A DNA stretch of 37,509 nt from Giesbergeria sp. (GTDB lineage: Bacteria > Pseudomonadota > Gammaproteobacteria > Burkholderiales > Burkholderiaceae_C). The notes under the pieces are model-generated. The model saw only the letters and a list, made by a program, of their open reading frames with translations. It had not been told where the DNA came from and searched no databases. The translations under genes and the position numbers were made by a program. The stretch lies in the NCBI GenBank assembly GCA_049291355.1, contig JBATPF010000323.1:1-37509 (forward strand), in the 5' to 3' direction. Of the stretch, positions 19,785 to 28,238 are shown in pieces; the stretch's first letter is position 1; each line of letters begins with the position of its first letter.

Positions 19785-20273
19785 ATGAGTTCAACGTACC
19801 GATTTGCTTCAGTCAGCGCCGTAGGCCTGCTGCTCGTCGTTCTGACCGCTGGCTGCATTCAAGGGCCTGCGTCCTTTGCAGGCGGCATGCCGTTGGGTGG
19901 AGCGTCAACCGGCTGCGCCGTTGCCAGCCAGCAGGAAGCGAATTGGCGCGCTCTGGTGACTGATCTGCGCGCGCAGGGCCTGGCGCTGCATGCCCAATGT
20001 GCACGCAAGCCCGATGATTGGACGGTGCAATTGCTCGTTCTCGATTCGGCCCGTGCCAGCCAGGTGCTGCGTGGGCCACTGGCCGATGGTGAGCCCGTGG
20101 AAATGGGGGATGCGCCCGGTGCAGCCGCTCACGCTGAGCTCTCGCCCGACGTGCTCCACAACCGCCGTTGGCTGCGCGCGGCACTGCTGCGCCATCGTTT
20201 CCAACCACTGTCCGCCGATGGGCGGCACTACTCGCCGGCCCCTGCGTCCGCGCTTGAGATCGCCGCGCACTGA
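19785..20273 (+). CDS. Lipoprotein, degenerate D-Ala-D-Ala dipeptidase (VanX/DdpX, M15)-like
   Basis: Lipobox LTAG-C after a hydrophobic stretch; blocks DLRAQGLAL, DGEPVEMG and LSPDVLHNRRWLRAAL...F...HYS resemble DdpX; catalytic motifs missing. GAGGGGAAGG upstream of ATG 19785. Confidence 0.65.
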   Translation: MSSTYRFASVSAVGLLLVVLTAGCIQGPASFAGGMPLGGASTGCAVASQQEANWRALVTDLRAQGLALHAQCARKPDDWTVQLLVLDSARASQVLRGPLADGEPVEMGDAPGAAAHAELSPDVLHNRRWLRAALLRHRFQPLSADGRHYSPAPASALEIAAH

Positions 20274-20320
20274 GCGCTGAGGAAGGACTTGCTCTCGGCG
20301 CGCGGAGCGTCGGTCAGGGT

Positions 20321-20350
20321 GCTGAAAATTTGAGCAGCTACAATGCCGCC
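20321..20350 (+). promoter_or_regulatory. dusB-fis promoter with adjacent Fis site
   Basis: GCTGAAAATTTGAGC (20321-20335) has one mismatch to Fis consensus GNTYAAAWTTTRANC; -10 TACAAT (20339-20344) followed by GC-rich discriminator GCCGCC. Confidence 0.65.
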
Positions 20351-20378
20351 TCTTCCTCCTGCGCGCTCTCGGATTTTC

Positions 20379-21428
20379 ATGCACATCGGGTCTTTCCTGT
20401 TGCCCAACCGGCTGTTTGTCGCGCCCATGGCGGGCGTCACCGACCGGCCGTTTCGCATGCTGTGCAAGTCGCTTGGCGCGGGCTACGCGGTCAGCGAAAT
20501 GGTGACCTCGCGGCGCGACTTGTGGAACAGCCTGAAGACCTCACGCCGCGCCGACCACAGCGGTGAACCGGGCCCGATTGCGGTGCAGATTGCCGGCACC
20601 GACGCCGCGATGATGGCCGAGGCGGCCGTTCACAACGTGGAGCGCGGCGCACAGATCATCGACATCAACATGGGCTGCCCGGCCAAGAAGGTGTGCAACA
20701 AATGGGCCGGCTCGGCGCTCATGCAGGACGAAGCCTTGGCGGTCTCCATTGCCCGCGCCGTGGTGGACGCCTGCGCCCCGCGCGGCGTGCCCGTTACCCT
20801 CAAGATGCGCACCGGCTGGTGCCAACAGCACAAGAATGCGGTGGCGCTTGCCACCCAGTTTGAAGCGGCCGGGATCGCCATGCTGACCGTGCACGGCCGC
20901 ACGCGCGAGCAGGGTTACCGCGGCGCCGCCGAAGTCGAAACGGTGGCGGCCGTAAAAGCGGCGGTGTCCATCCCCGTGGTCGCCAATGGCGACATCGATT
21001 CGCCGCAAAAGGCGCGCGATGTGCTGGCCGCTACCGGCGCCGACGCCTTGATGATCGGGCGCGCCGCCCAAGGCCGGCCCTGGATTTTTCGCGAAATCGG
21101 ACACTTTCTGGCGACCGGCGAACAGCTTGCGCCGCCGCTGATCGCCGAGTTGGAGCGGGTGTTGCTGGCGCATCTGGAAGACCACTACCGCCTCTACGGT
21201 GAAGAAACTGGCGTGCGCAGTGCGCGCAAGCACATTGGTTGGTATCTGCGGGCGCTTCCCGGCGGAGAGGCCTTTCGCCAGCGCATGAACAGCTTGGACG
21301 ACAGCGCTGCGCAACACCGTGCGGTGGCCGAGTATTTGCAGGGCCTGGGCAGCGAAATGGACCGGCTGCCGCCAATGCGCGCGGCGGCCAACGACGAAAT
21401 ACAAGAAACAGAGGGATGGGCGGTATGA
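20379..21428 (+). CDS. dusB: tRNA-dihydrouridine synthase DusB
   Basis: APMAGVTDRPFR, IDINMGCPAKKV, VTLKMRTGW, VHGRTR, ANGDI, MIGRAAQGRPW; upstream of fis. Start MHIG at 20379. Confidence 0.96.
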   Translation: MHIGSFLLPNRLFVAPMAGVTDRPFRMLCKSLGAGYAVSEMVTSRRDLWNSLKTSRRADHSGEPGPIAVQIAGTDAAMMAEAAVHNVERGAQIIDINMGCPAKKVCNKWAGSALMQDEALAVSIARAVVDACAPRGVPVTLKMRTGWCQQHKNAVALATQFEAAGIAMLTVHGRTREQGYRGAAEVETVAAVKAAVSIPVVANGDIDSPQKARDVLAATGADALMIGRAAQGRPWIFREIGHFLATGEQLAPPLIAELERVLLAHLEDHYRLYGEETGVRSARKHIGWYLRALPGGEAFRQRMNSLDDSAAQHRAVAEYLQGLGSEMDRLPPMRAAANDEIQETEGWAV

Positions 21429-21658
21429 GCCGGCAACACATTGATGCATGCGTGCGAGAGAGTCTGCACAGCTATTTTCAGGATCTGGACGGCGAGGCGC
21501 CCGACGGCATGTACGACATGCTGGTGCGCGCCGTCGAAAAACCGCTGCTCGAAGTGGTGATGAGCCACGCCGACAACAACCAGTCGCGCGCGGCCGAATG
21601 GCTGGGCCTGAACCGCAACACCTTGCGAAAAAAGCTGCTGGAGCACAAGCTGCTTTGA
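21425..21658 (+). CDS. fis: Fis family DNA-binding protein (77 aa)
   Basis: YFQDLDGE, VEKPLLEVVM, NQSRAAEWLGLNRNTLRKKL HTH; ATGA overlap with the dusB stop. Confidence 0.95.
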   Translation: MSRQHIDACVRESLHSYFQDLDGEAPDGMYDMLVRAVEKPLLEVVMSHADNNQSRAAEWLGLNRNTLRKKLLEHKLL

Positions 21659-21661
21659 GAT

Positions 21662-21725
21662 TGCTCATCCTTTGATAGCTGCTAGCGCTTGCTGGATAAG
21701 CGCTAGAGCCGAATTTTATTCAAAA
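21662..21725 (-). repeat. Dispersed ~65-bp palindromic repeat, copy B (inverted)
   Basis: GCT-N11-AGC (21663-21679) then CTAGCGCTT-N7-AAGCGCTAG (21682-21706); reverse complement of copies A and C. Confidence 0.85.
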
Positions 21726-21741
21726 CTCTGCGGCCCAAGCC

Positions 21742-23343
21742 ATGAATGCACTCCTCTCCGTCTCCGACAAGACCGGCATCGTCGAATTCGCGCAAGCCTT
21801 GCACGCGCTGGGCATCAAGCTGCTGTCCACCGGCGGCACCGCCAAGCTGCTGGCCGAGCAGGGCCTGCCCGTCACCGAGGTGGCCGAGTTCACCCAGTTC
21901 CCCGAAATGCTGGACGGCCGCGTCAAGACCTTGCACCCCAAAGTGCACGGCGGCCTGCTGGCCCGGCGCGAACTGCCCGAGCACATGGCGGCGCTGAAAC
22001 AGCACGGCATCGACACCATCGACCTGCTGGTGGTCAACCTCTACCCGTTCGAAGCCACCGTGGCCAAGGACGGCTGCACGCTGGCCGACGCCATCGAGAA
22101 CATCGACATCGGTGGCCCGGCCATGGTGCGCAGCGCTGCCAAGAACTGGAAGGACGTGGGCGTGCTGACCGATGCCTCGCAGTACCCCGCCGTGCTGGAG
22201 GAACTGAAAGCGAACGGGAAGCTCTCCGACCCGCTGCGCTTTGCGCTGTCGGTGGCCGCGTTCAACCGCGTCGCCCAGTACGACGGTGCCATCAGCGACT
22301 ATTTGTCGTCGGTCACATTCGAAGCTGAAAAGCTGTCGGAAACCTATGTGCCCCAGCGCACCCTGTTTGCTGGGCAGAGCAATGGCATCTTCACCAAGGT
22401 GCAAGACCTGCGCTACGGCGAAAACAGCCACCAGCAGGCCGCGTTGTACCGCGATTTGCACCCCGCGCCCGGTTCACTGGTAACAGCTGTGCAGCTCCAG
22501 GGAAAAGAGCTTTCTTACAACAACATTGCCGACGCCGACGCCGCCTGGGAATGCGTCAAGACCTTTGAGGCCGCCGCCTGCGTCATCGTCAAGCACGCCA
22601 ACCCCTGTGGCGTGGCCGTGGGTCTGGACGCGCTTGGTGCCTACACCAAGGCCTTGCAGACCGATCCCACCAGCGCTTTTGGCGGCATCATCGCGCTCAA
22701 CCGCACGCTCGATGGGGGTGCGGCTGCACAGATCAGCAAACAGTTCGTCGAAGTGCTCATGGCCCCGGAGTTCACGGCCGAGGCGCTGGAGGTGTTCAAA
22801 GCGAAGGCGAATGTGCGTTTGCTCAAGATTGCACTGCCTGCGCATGGCGGCAAGACCGACTGGGAGCGCGGCCGCAACGCCATGGACGCCAAGCGCATTG
22901 GCTCGGGCCTGCTGCTGCAGACGGCCGACAACCACGAGCTTTCGCTCATGGACCTCAGGGTGGTGACGAAGAAGCAGCCCACGCTCGAAGAGATGGAAGA
23001 TCTGCTCTTTGCCTGGAAGGTGGCCAAGTACGTCAAAAGCAACGCCATCGTGTTCTGCAAGGGCGGCATGACCATGGGCGTCGGTGCCGGGCAGATGAGC
23101 CGGCTGGACTCGGCCCGCATCGCCAGCATCAAAGCGCAGCATGCGGGTTTGAGTTTGCAAGGCACGGCCGTGGCGAGCGATGCCTTCTTCCCCTTCCGCG
23201 ACGGCCTGGACGTGGTGGTGGACGCGGGCGCGAGCTGCGTCATCCAGCCCGGCGGCAGCATGCGCGATCAGGAAGTCATTGATGCCGCCAACGAGCGTGG
23301 CGTGGCCATGGTGTTTTCTGGCGTGCGGCACTTTCGCCACTGA
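21742..23343 (+). CDS. purH: Bifunctional AICAR transformylase/IMP cyclohydrolase PurH
   Basis: [60 protein letters not shown]. Confidence 0.98.
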   Translation: MNALLSVSDKTGIVEFAQALHALGIKLLSTGGTAKLLAEQGLPVTEVAEFTQFPEMLDGRVKTLHPKVHGGLLARRELPEHMAALKQHGIDTIDLLVVNLYPFEATVAKDGCTLADAIENIDIGGPAMVRSAAKNWKDVGVLTDASQYPAVLEELKANGKLSDPLRFALSVAAFNRVAQYDGAISDYLSSVTFEAEKLSETYVPQRTLFAGQSNGIFTKVQDLRYGENSHQQAALYRDLHPAPGSLVTAVQLQGKELSYNNIADADAAWECVKTFEAAACVIVKHANPCGVAVGLDALGAYTKALQTDPTSAFGGIIALNRTLDGGAAAQISKQFVEVLMAPEFTAEALEVFKAKANVRLLKIALPAHGGKTDWERGRNAMDAKRIGSGLLLQTADNHELSLMDLRVVTKKQPTLEEMEDLLFAWKVAKYVKSNAIVFCKGGMTMGVGAGQMSRLDSARIASIKAQHAGLSLQGTAVASDAFFPFRDGLDVVVDAGASCVIQPGGSMRDQEVIDAANERGVAMVFSGVRHFRH

Positions 23344-23357
23344 ATTCGCCAGCGCTT

Positions 23358-23392
23358 CAACAAAAAAGCGGCCCGAGGCCGCTTTTTTGTTG
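23358..23392. terminator. Bidirectional intrinsic terminator between purH and the acyltransferase
   Basis: Perfect 16-bp inverted repeat CAACAAAAAAGCGGCC-cga-GGCCGCTTTTTTGTTG with T tracts on both strands, between convergent genes. Confidence 0.92.
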
Positions 23393-23409
23393 GGCACGAG
23401 CGAAAGCGA

Positions 23410-24282
23410 TCAGGCAGTTGGAGTTTTGCCGGGGGCCAGGAGCTGGGTGATCTCTTCGTCCTTGGCCTGCCACAACTCATTCACCCAAGCCTGCACCGCA
23501 GCGCGGGGGACGGGCTCGTTAGCGGGAGGCAGCACTTGCGGCGGGATGGCACGCAGATGGGCGCGGACCACCACCTTGCCCATGCGCCCCGCCATGGCGT
23601 CGGTGAAGGTCGGCGTGCCCTGCGGGTAGACGATGGTGACGTCAAGAAAGCCCGTGAACGCATCGCCCAGTGTCTCCAGCGCCATGCCAATGCCACCCAC
23701 CTTGGGTTTGAGCAAGTGGCGGTAGGGAGAATTTTGCTTGGCGTGTTTGGCCGGGGTCAAACGGGTTCCCTCCACAAAGCTCATGACCGACGTCGGCACC
23801 AGGCGAAACTTGGCGCAGGCCTTGCGCCCCGCTTCCATGTCGGCCCGTGCGCTGGCTCCGCCCTTGCGCTGCATGAAAGGAAAGTCGAGCGCCCACCAGG
23901 CAAAGCCGATCACCGGCACGTAGATCAGCTCTTTCTTGGTAAAGAACTTGAGCATGGGAATGCGGCGGTTGAAGACCCGCTGCAACACCACGATGTCCAC
24001 CCAGCTTTGGTGGTTGCTGGCCACCAGGTACCAGCCGCGCGGGTCCAGTCCGTCTACGCCGGACACATCCCAGTGCCCGCGGTTCACAGCACTGAGCCAG
24101 AAACTATTGATGTCCATCCACAACGCGGCAATGCCCATCAAGGCGCGATCGCAGGCGCGGCGCACACCCTGCATCGGCAGCACCAGTTTGACGAGCGCCA
24201 CTGGAATCATGGATGGGACCAGCACCAGGGTGTTGATGGCAAGAACCAGCGAGGCAAACAGAAACTTGAACGCAGCGGACAT
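23410..24282 (-). CDS. PlsC-family acyltransferase (YihG-like)
   Basis: NHQSWVD (HX4D), KFFTKKELIYVPVIGFAWWALDFPFM, FVEGTR, LLKPK, DVTIVY, LWQAKD. Confidence 0.9.
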   Translation of the reverse strand: MSAAFKFLFASLVLAINTLVLVPSMIPVALVKLVLPMQGVRRACDRALMGIAALWMDINSFWLSAVNRGHWDVSGVDGLDPRGWYLVASNHQSWVDIVVLQRVFNRRIPMLKFFTKKELIYVPVIGFAWWALDFPFMQRKGGASARADMEAGRKACAKFRLVPTSVMSFVEGTRLTPAKHAKQNSPYRHLLKPKVGGIGMALETLGDAFTGFLDVTIVYPQGTPTFTDAMAGRMGKVVVRAHLRAIPPQVLPPANEPVPRAAVQAWVNELWQAKDEEITQLLAPGKTPTA

Positions 24283-24302
24283 GGATGGGCGAGGGGAGAG
24301 AA

Positions 24303-24367
24303 AAATTTAGGTGTTTTTGGCCTCTAGCGCTTATGTATAAAGCGTTAAAAGCTATCTAATTTATAGC
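24303..24367 (+). repeat. Dispersed ~65-bp palindromic repeat, copy C
   Basis: AAATTTAGGTGTTTTTGGCCTCTAGCGCTT-N7-AAGCGTTA then GCT-N11-AGC (24351-24367); 5' flank closely matches copy A; overlaps the hemL stop. Confidence 0.85.
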
Positions 24368-25665
24368 GTTCTGAATACTTCGCGGGCCGCCGCTGCGGTA
24401 GCAGCGATGTCTTCGTCGGTATGGGCTGCGCTGACAAACCCGGCCTCGTACAGCGCAGGCGCGATGTAGACGCCGCGATCGAGCAAGCCGTGAAACAGGC
24501 GGTTGAAGCGTGCGCCCTCGGTGCGCATCACCTGCGCGTAGTTTTGCGGCAATTCGGGCAGCAGGAAGAAGCCGAACATGCCGCCTTCGCTGTCGCCGCA
24601 GAAAGGAACGCCCTCGTCGGCCGCTGCGGCTTCCAGTGCCGTGACCAGCGCCCGCGTGCGGCTTGCCAGCGCGTCGTAAAAGCCTGGCTTGGAGATTTCC
24701 TGCAGCGTTGCCAGACCGCAGGCCGTGGCCACCGGATTGCCCGAGAGCGTGCCGGCCTGGTAGACGGCGCCCAGTGGTGCGAGTTGCTCCATGACCTCGC
24801 GCCGGCCGCCAAAGGCCGCCAGCGGCATGCCGCCCCCAATGACCTTGCCCATGACCGTGATGTCGGGTGCAAACCCCGGAATGTGCTGGGCATAGACGCT
24901 TTGCGCGCCGCCCAGCGCCACGCGAAAGCCGGTCATGACTTCGTCGTAGACCAGCAGCGCGCCGTATTCGGTGCACAGCTCGCGGCAGCGGCGGGTGAAC
25001 TCGACGCTGGCGCGCACGAAGTTCATGTTGCCGGCAATGGGTTCCATCATCAGGCAGGCAATTTCGCGGCCATGCAGGGCAAAGGCCTCTTCCAGCTGAA
25101 CGACGTTGTTGTACTCCAGCACCAGGGTGTGCTGCACCACCTCGGGCGGCACGCCCGCGCTGGTGGCGTTGCCAAAGGTAGCCAGGCCCGAGCCGGCCTT
25201 GACCAGCAGCGCGTCGGCATGGCCGTGGTAGCAACCTTCAAATTTGAGGATCTTGCTGCGCCCTGTGGCGCCGCGCGCCAGGCGGATGGCGCTCATGCCG
25301 GCTTCGGTGCCCGAGCTGACCAGCCGCACCATGTCCATCGACGGCACCCGCTCAATGATGGCCTCGGCCAGTTGTACCTCCCGCTCGGTGGGGGCCCCAA
25401 AGGAAAAACCATCGAGCGCGGCCTTTTGAACGGCCTCCAGCACGGCGGGATGGCCGTGGCCCAGAATCATTGGCCCCCACGAACCGATGTAGTCGATGTA
25501 CTTCTGGCCGTTGGCGTCCCAAAAATAAGCGCCGTGGGCGCGTTGGACAAAGCGTGGCGTGCCGCCCACCGCCTTGAAGGCGCGCACCGGAGAGTTGACG
25601 CCGCCAGGGATCACAGCCTTGGCACGCTCGAAAAGTGAAAGATTGCGGTCAGTGTTTTGTGTCAT
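24361..25665 (-). CDS. hemL: Glutamate-1-semialdehyde 2,1-aminomutase
   Basis: [58 protein letters not shown]; start MTQN at 25665. Confidence 0.97.
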   Translation of the reverse strand: MTQNTDRNLSLFERAKAVIPGGVNSPVRAFKAVGGTPRFVQRAHGAYFWDANGQKYIDYIGSWGPMILGHGHPAVLEAVQKAALDGFSFGAPTEREVQLAEAIIERVPSMDMVRLVSSGTEAGMSAIRLARGATGRSKILKFEGCYHGHADALLVKAGSGLATFGNATSAGVPPEVVQHTLVLEYNNVVQLEEAFALHGREIACLMMEPIAGNMNFVRASVEFTRRCRELCTEYGALLVYDEVMTGFRVALGGAQSVYAQHIPGFAPDITVMGKVIGGGMPLAAFGGRREVMEQLAPLGAVYQAGTLSGNPVATACGLATLQEISKPGFYDALASRTRALVTALEAAAADEGVPFCGDSEGGMFGFFLLPELPQNYAQVMRTEGARFNRLFHGLLDRGVYIAPALYEAGFVSAAHTDEDIAATAAAAREVFRTL

Positions 25666-26590
25666 GCGGGGGAAGGCCAAACTCGATGGCGGTTGGCGGT
25701 TCTTCGTTGTCGGGGGTGGGCTCGTCGGAATCATCGGTCTCTGCCCAGAACATGCGGTCGGGTACCACATGTCCCATGCCGGGCCGAAACCCTGCTTCAA
25801 GGCAGCCGTCGAGATAGCCCAGGGCTTCGGTGCAGGCTTCAGTCAGATCGCACCCCGTTGCCAGCAGGGCGGCAAGGGCCGCAGAAAGCGTGTCGCCGGC
25901 GCCGGTGAAAGTGGCGTCAAACAGTTCGACGCGCCCGCTGCAGAGAATGGTCTCGGGCGAGGCCAGCGCATTGTCCACGAACTGTTCCGGCAGGGCGATT
26001 CCGGTGACCAGCGTGTAGGGCACGCCCACTTCCGCAGCCGCTGCGGCAAGGTCCCGCGGCCCGGGGCTGACGTCCTTGTCCCAGTCCGGCAGCAGCCAAC
26101 GCCACAGGGTACTGTGGTTTCCCACCAACACTGTGGTTTGCGGTAGCACAAGTTCTCTGAACGCATCCAGATAGAGATCGATGCGCTCTTCCTCCCACCA
26201 CGACAGGTTGGGCATGTACGAGACCACGGGCAGCTCGGGGTAGTCCGACATCAGTTCGGCCAACGCGCTGAGGTTCTCTGGCGTGCCGACAAAGCCGATC
26301 TTGATGATTTGTACTGGAAGATCTTCAAGCGCCGCCCGTGCCTGCTCCATGACCGCTTCGTCGTCGAGTGCGTAATAGTCGAAGATCTGCGCGGTGTCGC
26401 GGATATAGGTTCCTGCCACTATGGCGACGGGATGGCCTCCCACCGAGGCCGTCGTCGCAATGTCGGCCGTAAGGCCCGCAGCTCCGCTCGGGTCGTTGGC
26501 ATTGATCAGCATCACACAGGCCGGGGTGCGCGTCTGCGCCAGCTTGGCTGCCAGGTCTGGTTTGGGAGCGAAAAGGGAGTTGTCCGTCAT
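25649..26590 (-). CDS. ThiD/PdxK-like (ribokinase fold) pyrimidine or pyridoxal kinase
   Basis: [42 protein letters not shown]; overlaps the hemL start. Substrate uncertain. Confidence 0.8.
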   Translation of the reverse strand: MTDNSLFAPKPDLAAKLAQTRTPACVMLINANDPSGAAGLTADIATTASVGGHPVAIVAGTYIRDTAQIFDYYALDDEAVMEQARAALEDLPVQIIKIGFVGTPENLSALAELMSDYPELPVVSYMPNLSWWEEERIDLYLDAFRELVLPQTTVLVGNHSTLWRWLLPDWDKDVSPGPRDLAAAAAEVGVPYTLVTGIALPEQFVDNALASPETILCSGRVELFDATFTGAGDTLSAALAALLATGCDLTEACTEALGYLDGCLEAGFRPGMGHVVPDRMFWAETDDSDEPTPDNEEPPTAIEFGLPPHDTKH

Positions 26591-26649
26591 GAACCCTAAT
26601 GGCGCAGGGGAGGGTGGTGCAAAAACGGCAGGCTGCTGTTTTGCCTAGA

Positions 26650-26655
26650 TACAAT
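26650..26655 (+). promoter_or_regulatory. Putative -10 element for the rubredoxin-pilG unit
   Basis: TACAAT about 30 nt upstream of the rubredoxin start in the divergent intergenic region. Confidence 0.45.
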
Positions 26656-26686
26656 CGTTGCATTCTATGTGAAGCCCCCTTAAGCT

Positions 26687-26860
26687 GTGACCGAACCAAA
26701 AACCTGGATGTGCTTGATTTGTGGATGGATTTATGAAGAGGCCAAGGGTTATCCCGAAGAGGGGATACCTGCGGGCACGTCATGGGAGCAGGTTCCCGAC
26801 AGCTGGCTGTGTCCCGAATGCGGGGCAGGCAAACAGGATTTCGAGATGGTCCAGATTTGA
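26687..26860 (+). CDS. Rubredoxin (57 aa)
   Basis: Not in ORF track. From GTG 26687: MTEPKTWMCLICGWIYEEAKGYPEEGIPAGTSWEQVPDSWLCPECGAGKQDFEMVQI; CxxCG and CPxCG iron knuckles. Confidence 0.95.
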   Translation: MTEPKTWMCLICGWIYEEAKGYPEEGIPAGTSWEQVPDSWLCPECGAGKQDFEMVQI

Positions 26861-26909
26861 AATGTGGGCTCTGCCTCTCGTGTTTTATTTTCCATCGGAG
26901 CAGTGACAA

Positions 26910-27308
26910 TTGACTACAACCGGTGCCTCTTTCAAAGTGCTCGTGGTGGACGACAGCAATACCATTCGGCGCAGCGCCGAAATTTTTCTGAAGCAGGGAG
27001 GGCACGAAGTGCTTCTTGCCGACGATGGTTTTGATGCCTTGGCAAAAGTCAATGATTATCATCCTCAGGTGATTTTCTGCGATATTTTGATGCCCAAGCT
27101 CGACGGTTATCAAACGGTCGCCATCATCAAGAGAAATCCCAATTTCGCGCAGACGCCTGTCGTCATGCTTTCGTCGAAGGACGGCGTATTCGACAAGGCA
27201 CGCGGCAGAATGGTTGGATGCCAGGATTATCTGACCAAGCCGTTTACCAAAGACCAATTGCTGCAAGCTGTGCAGCAATTCGCCAGTCTTTCCCAAGGAG
27301 CGATGTGA
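26910..27308 (+). CDS. pilG: Twitching motility response regulator PilG
   Basis: VVDDSNTIRRSAE, DILMPKLDGYQ, MLSSKDGVFDKARGRMVG, YLTKPF; TTG start with GGAG upstream. Confidence 0.93.
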   Translation: MTTTGASFKVLVVDDSNTIRRSAEIFLKQGGHEVLLADDGFDALAKVNDYHPQVIFCDILMPKLDGYQTVAIIKRNPNFAQTPVVMLSSKDGVFDKARGRMVGCQDYLTKPFTKDQLLQAVQQFASLSQGAM

Positions 27309-27673
27309 TGGCTATTCAGAAAGTATTGGTCGTCGATGATTCGAAGACCGAATTAATGTTCCTTACTGATTTGTTGCAGAAAAAGGGCATGCAGGTCCGA
27401 ACGGCGGAAAATGCCGAAGAGGCGTTCAGGCGTTTGGCCGAAGAGAAGCCAGATCTGATTCTCATGGATGTGGTCATGCCCGGCCAAAACGGTTTTCAGC
27501 TGACGCGCGCCATCAGCCGCGACCCACTGTACGCCGATGTGCCCATCATCATGTGCACCAGCAAGAATCAGGAAACCGATCGCGTCTGGGGGATGCGCCA
27601 GGGTGCGCGTGGGTACATCACCAAGCCTGTGGATCCCGTAGAGCTTCAGGCCAAGATCGACGCCCTGAACTAA
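27308..27673 (+). CDS. pilH: Twitching motility response regulator PilH
   Basis: MDVVMPGQNGFQLTR, TSKNQETDRVWGMRQGA, YITKP; TGATG overlap with pilG. Confidence 0.93.
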   Translation: MAIQKVLVVDDSKTELMFLTDLLQKKGMQVRTAENAEEAFRRLAEEKPDLILMDVVMPGQNGFQLTRAISRDPLYADVPIIMCTSKNQETDRVWGMRQGARGYITKPVDPVELQAKIDALN

Positions 27674-27689
27674 ACGGCGTCGAATTTCT

Positions 27690-28217
27690 ATGGCAAATCG
27701 TGAAGCACTCCGCGAACTCCAAATTCGTCTGGCCAGCCGCTTGCAGGCGGCGCGCAGTGAAAATCTGTCGGTTTCTTCTTGGCTGGCGGTGGAATCGGCC
27801 GGCCAGAACTATTTGATGCCGTTGGCGCAGGCGGGTGAGATTTTCCCGTGGACATCTGTGCAGGCCGTGCCGTACACGCAAGACTGGTTTTTGGGTGTGG
27901 CCAACTTGCGGGGCGGCCTCACGGGCGTGGTGGACCTGGCGCGTTTGTTGGGTCATGGCGCTGTGCGCAGTGAGCAGGCACTCGGCGAGTCCAGCCTGCT
28001 TGCGTTGAATGCTGCGCTGGAAGTGAATGCGGCACTGCTCGTCGATCGATTGGCCGGATTGCGCAGTACCGAGGTGTTTGTGAACTCCGAACCTCCCGCC
28101 GACGATGCCCCGGATTTTTTTGGGACCACCTATATTGACGCTGGCGGCGCTCGCTGGCAGGAGCTCAATTTGCAGGTGCTTTCGCAGCATCCCGCATTTC
28201 TGAGCATCAGTGCTTGA
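27690..28217 (+). CDS. pilI: CheW-like protein PilI
   Basis: VPYTQDWFLGVANLRG, VVDLA, LLVD; located between pilH and pilJ. Confidence 0.9.
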   Translation: MANREALRELQIRLASRLQAARSENLSVSSWLAVESAGQNYLMPLAQAGEIFPWTSVQAVPYTQDWFLGVANLRGGLTGVVDLARLLGHGAVRSEQALGESSLLALNAALEVNAALLVDRLAGLRSTEVFVNSEPPADDAPDFFGTTYIDAGGARWQELNLQVLSQHPAFLSISA

Positions 28218-28238
28218 ATTTCTCTGTAAGGCTGCTCC

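Noticed and set aside
20321..20344. AGCAGCTAC as a fifth repeat copy
   Set aside because: Spacing is GCT-N9-AGC and there is no hairpin; better explained as a Fis site plus -10.
9643..24367. Repeat copies as a CRISPR array or IS ends
   Set aside because: Copies are kilobases apart with no spacers, cas genes, transposase or target-site duplications.
26721..26906. 61-aa track ORF upstream of pilG
   Set aside because: Out-of-frame overlap of the real rubredoxin gene.
26600..27700. Lower-GC look of the rubredoxin-pilG-pilH region as horizontal transfer
   Set aside because: Genes belong to the intact pil-chp operon with no mobility signatures; GC content not computed.
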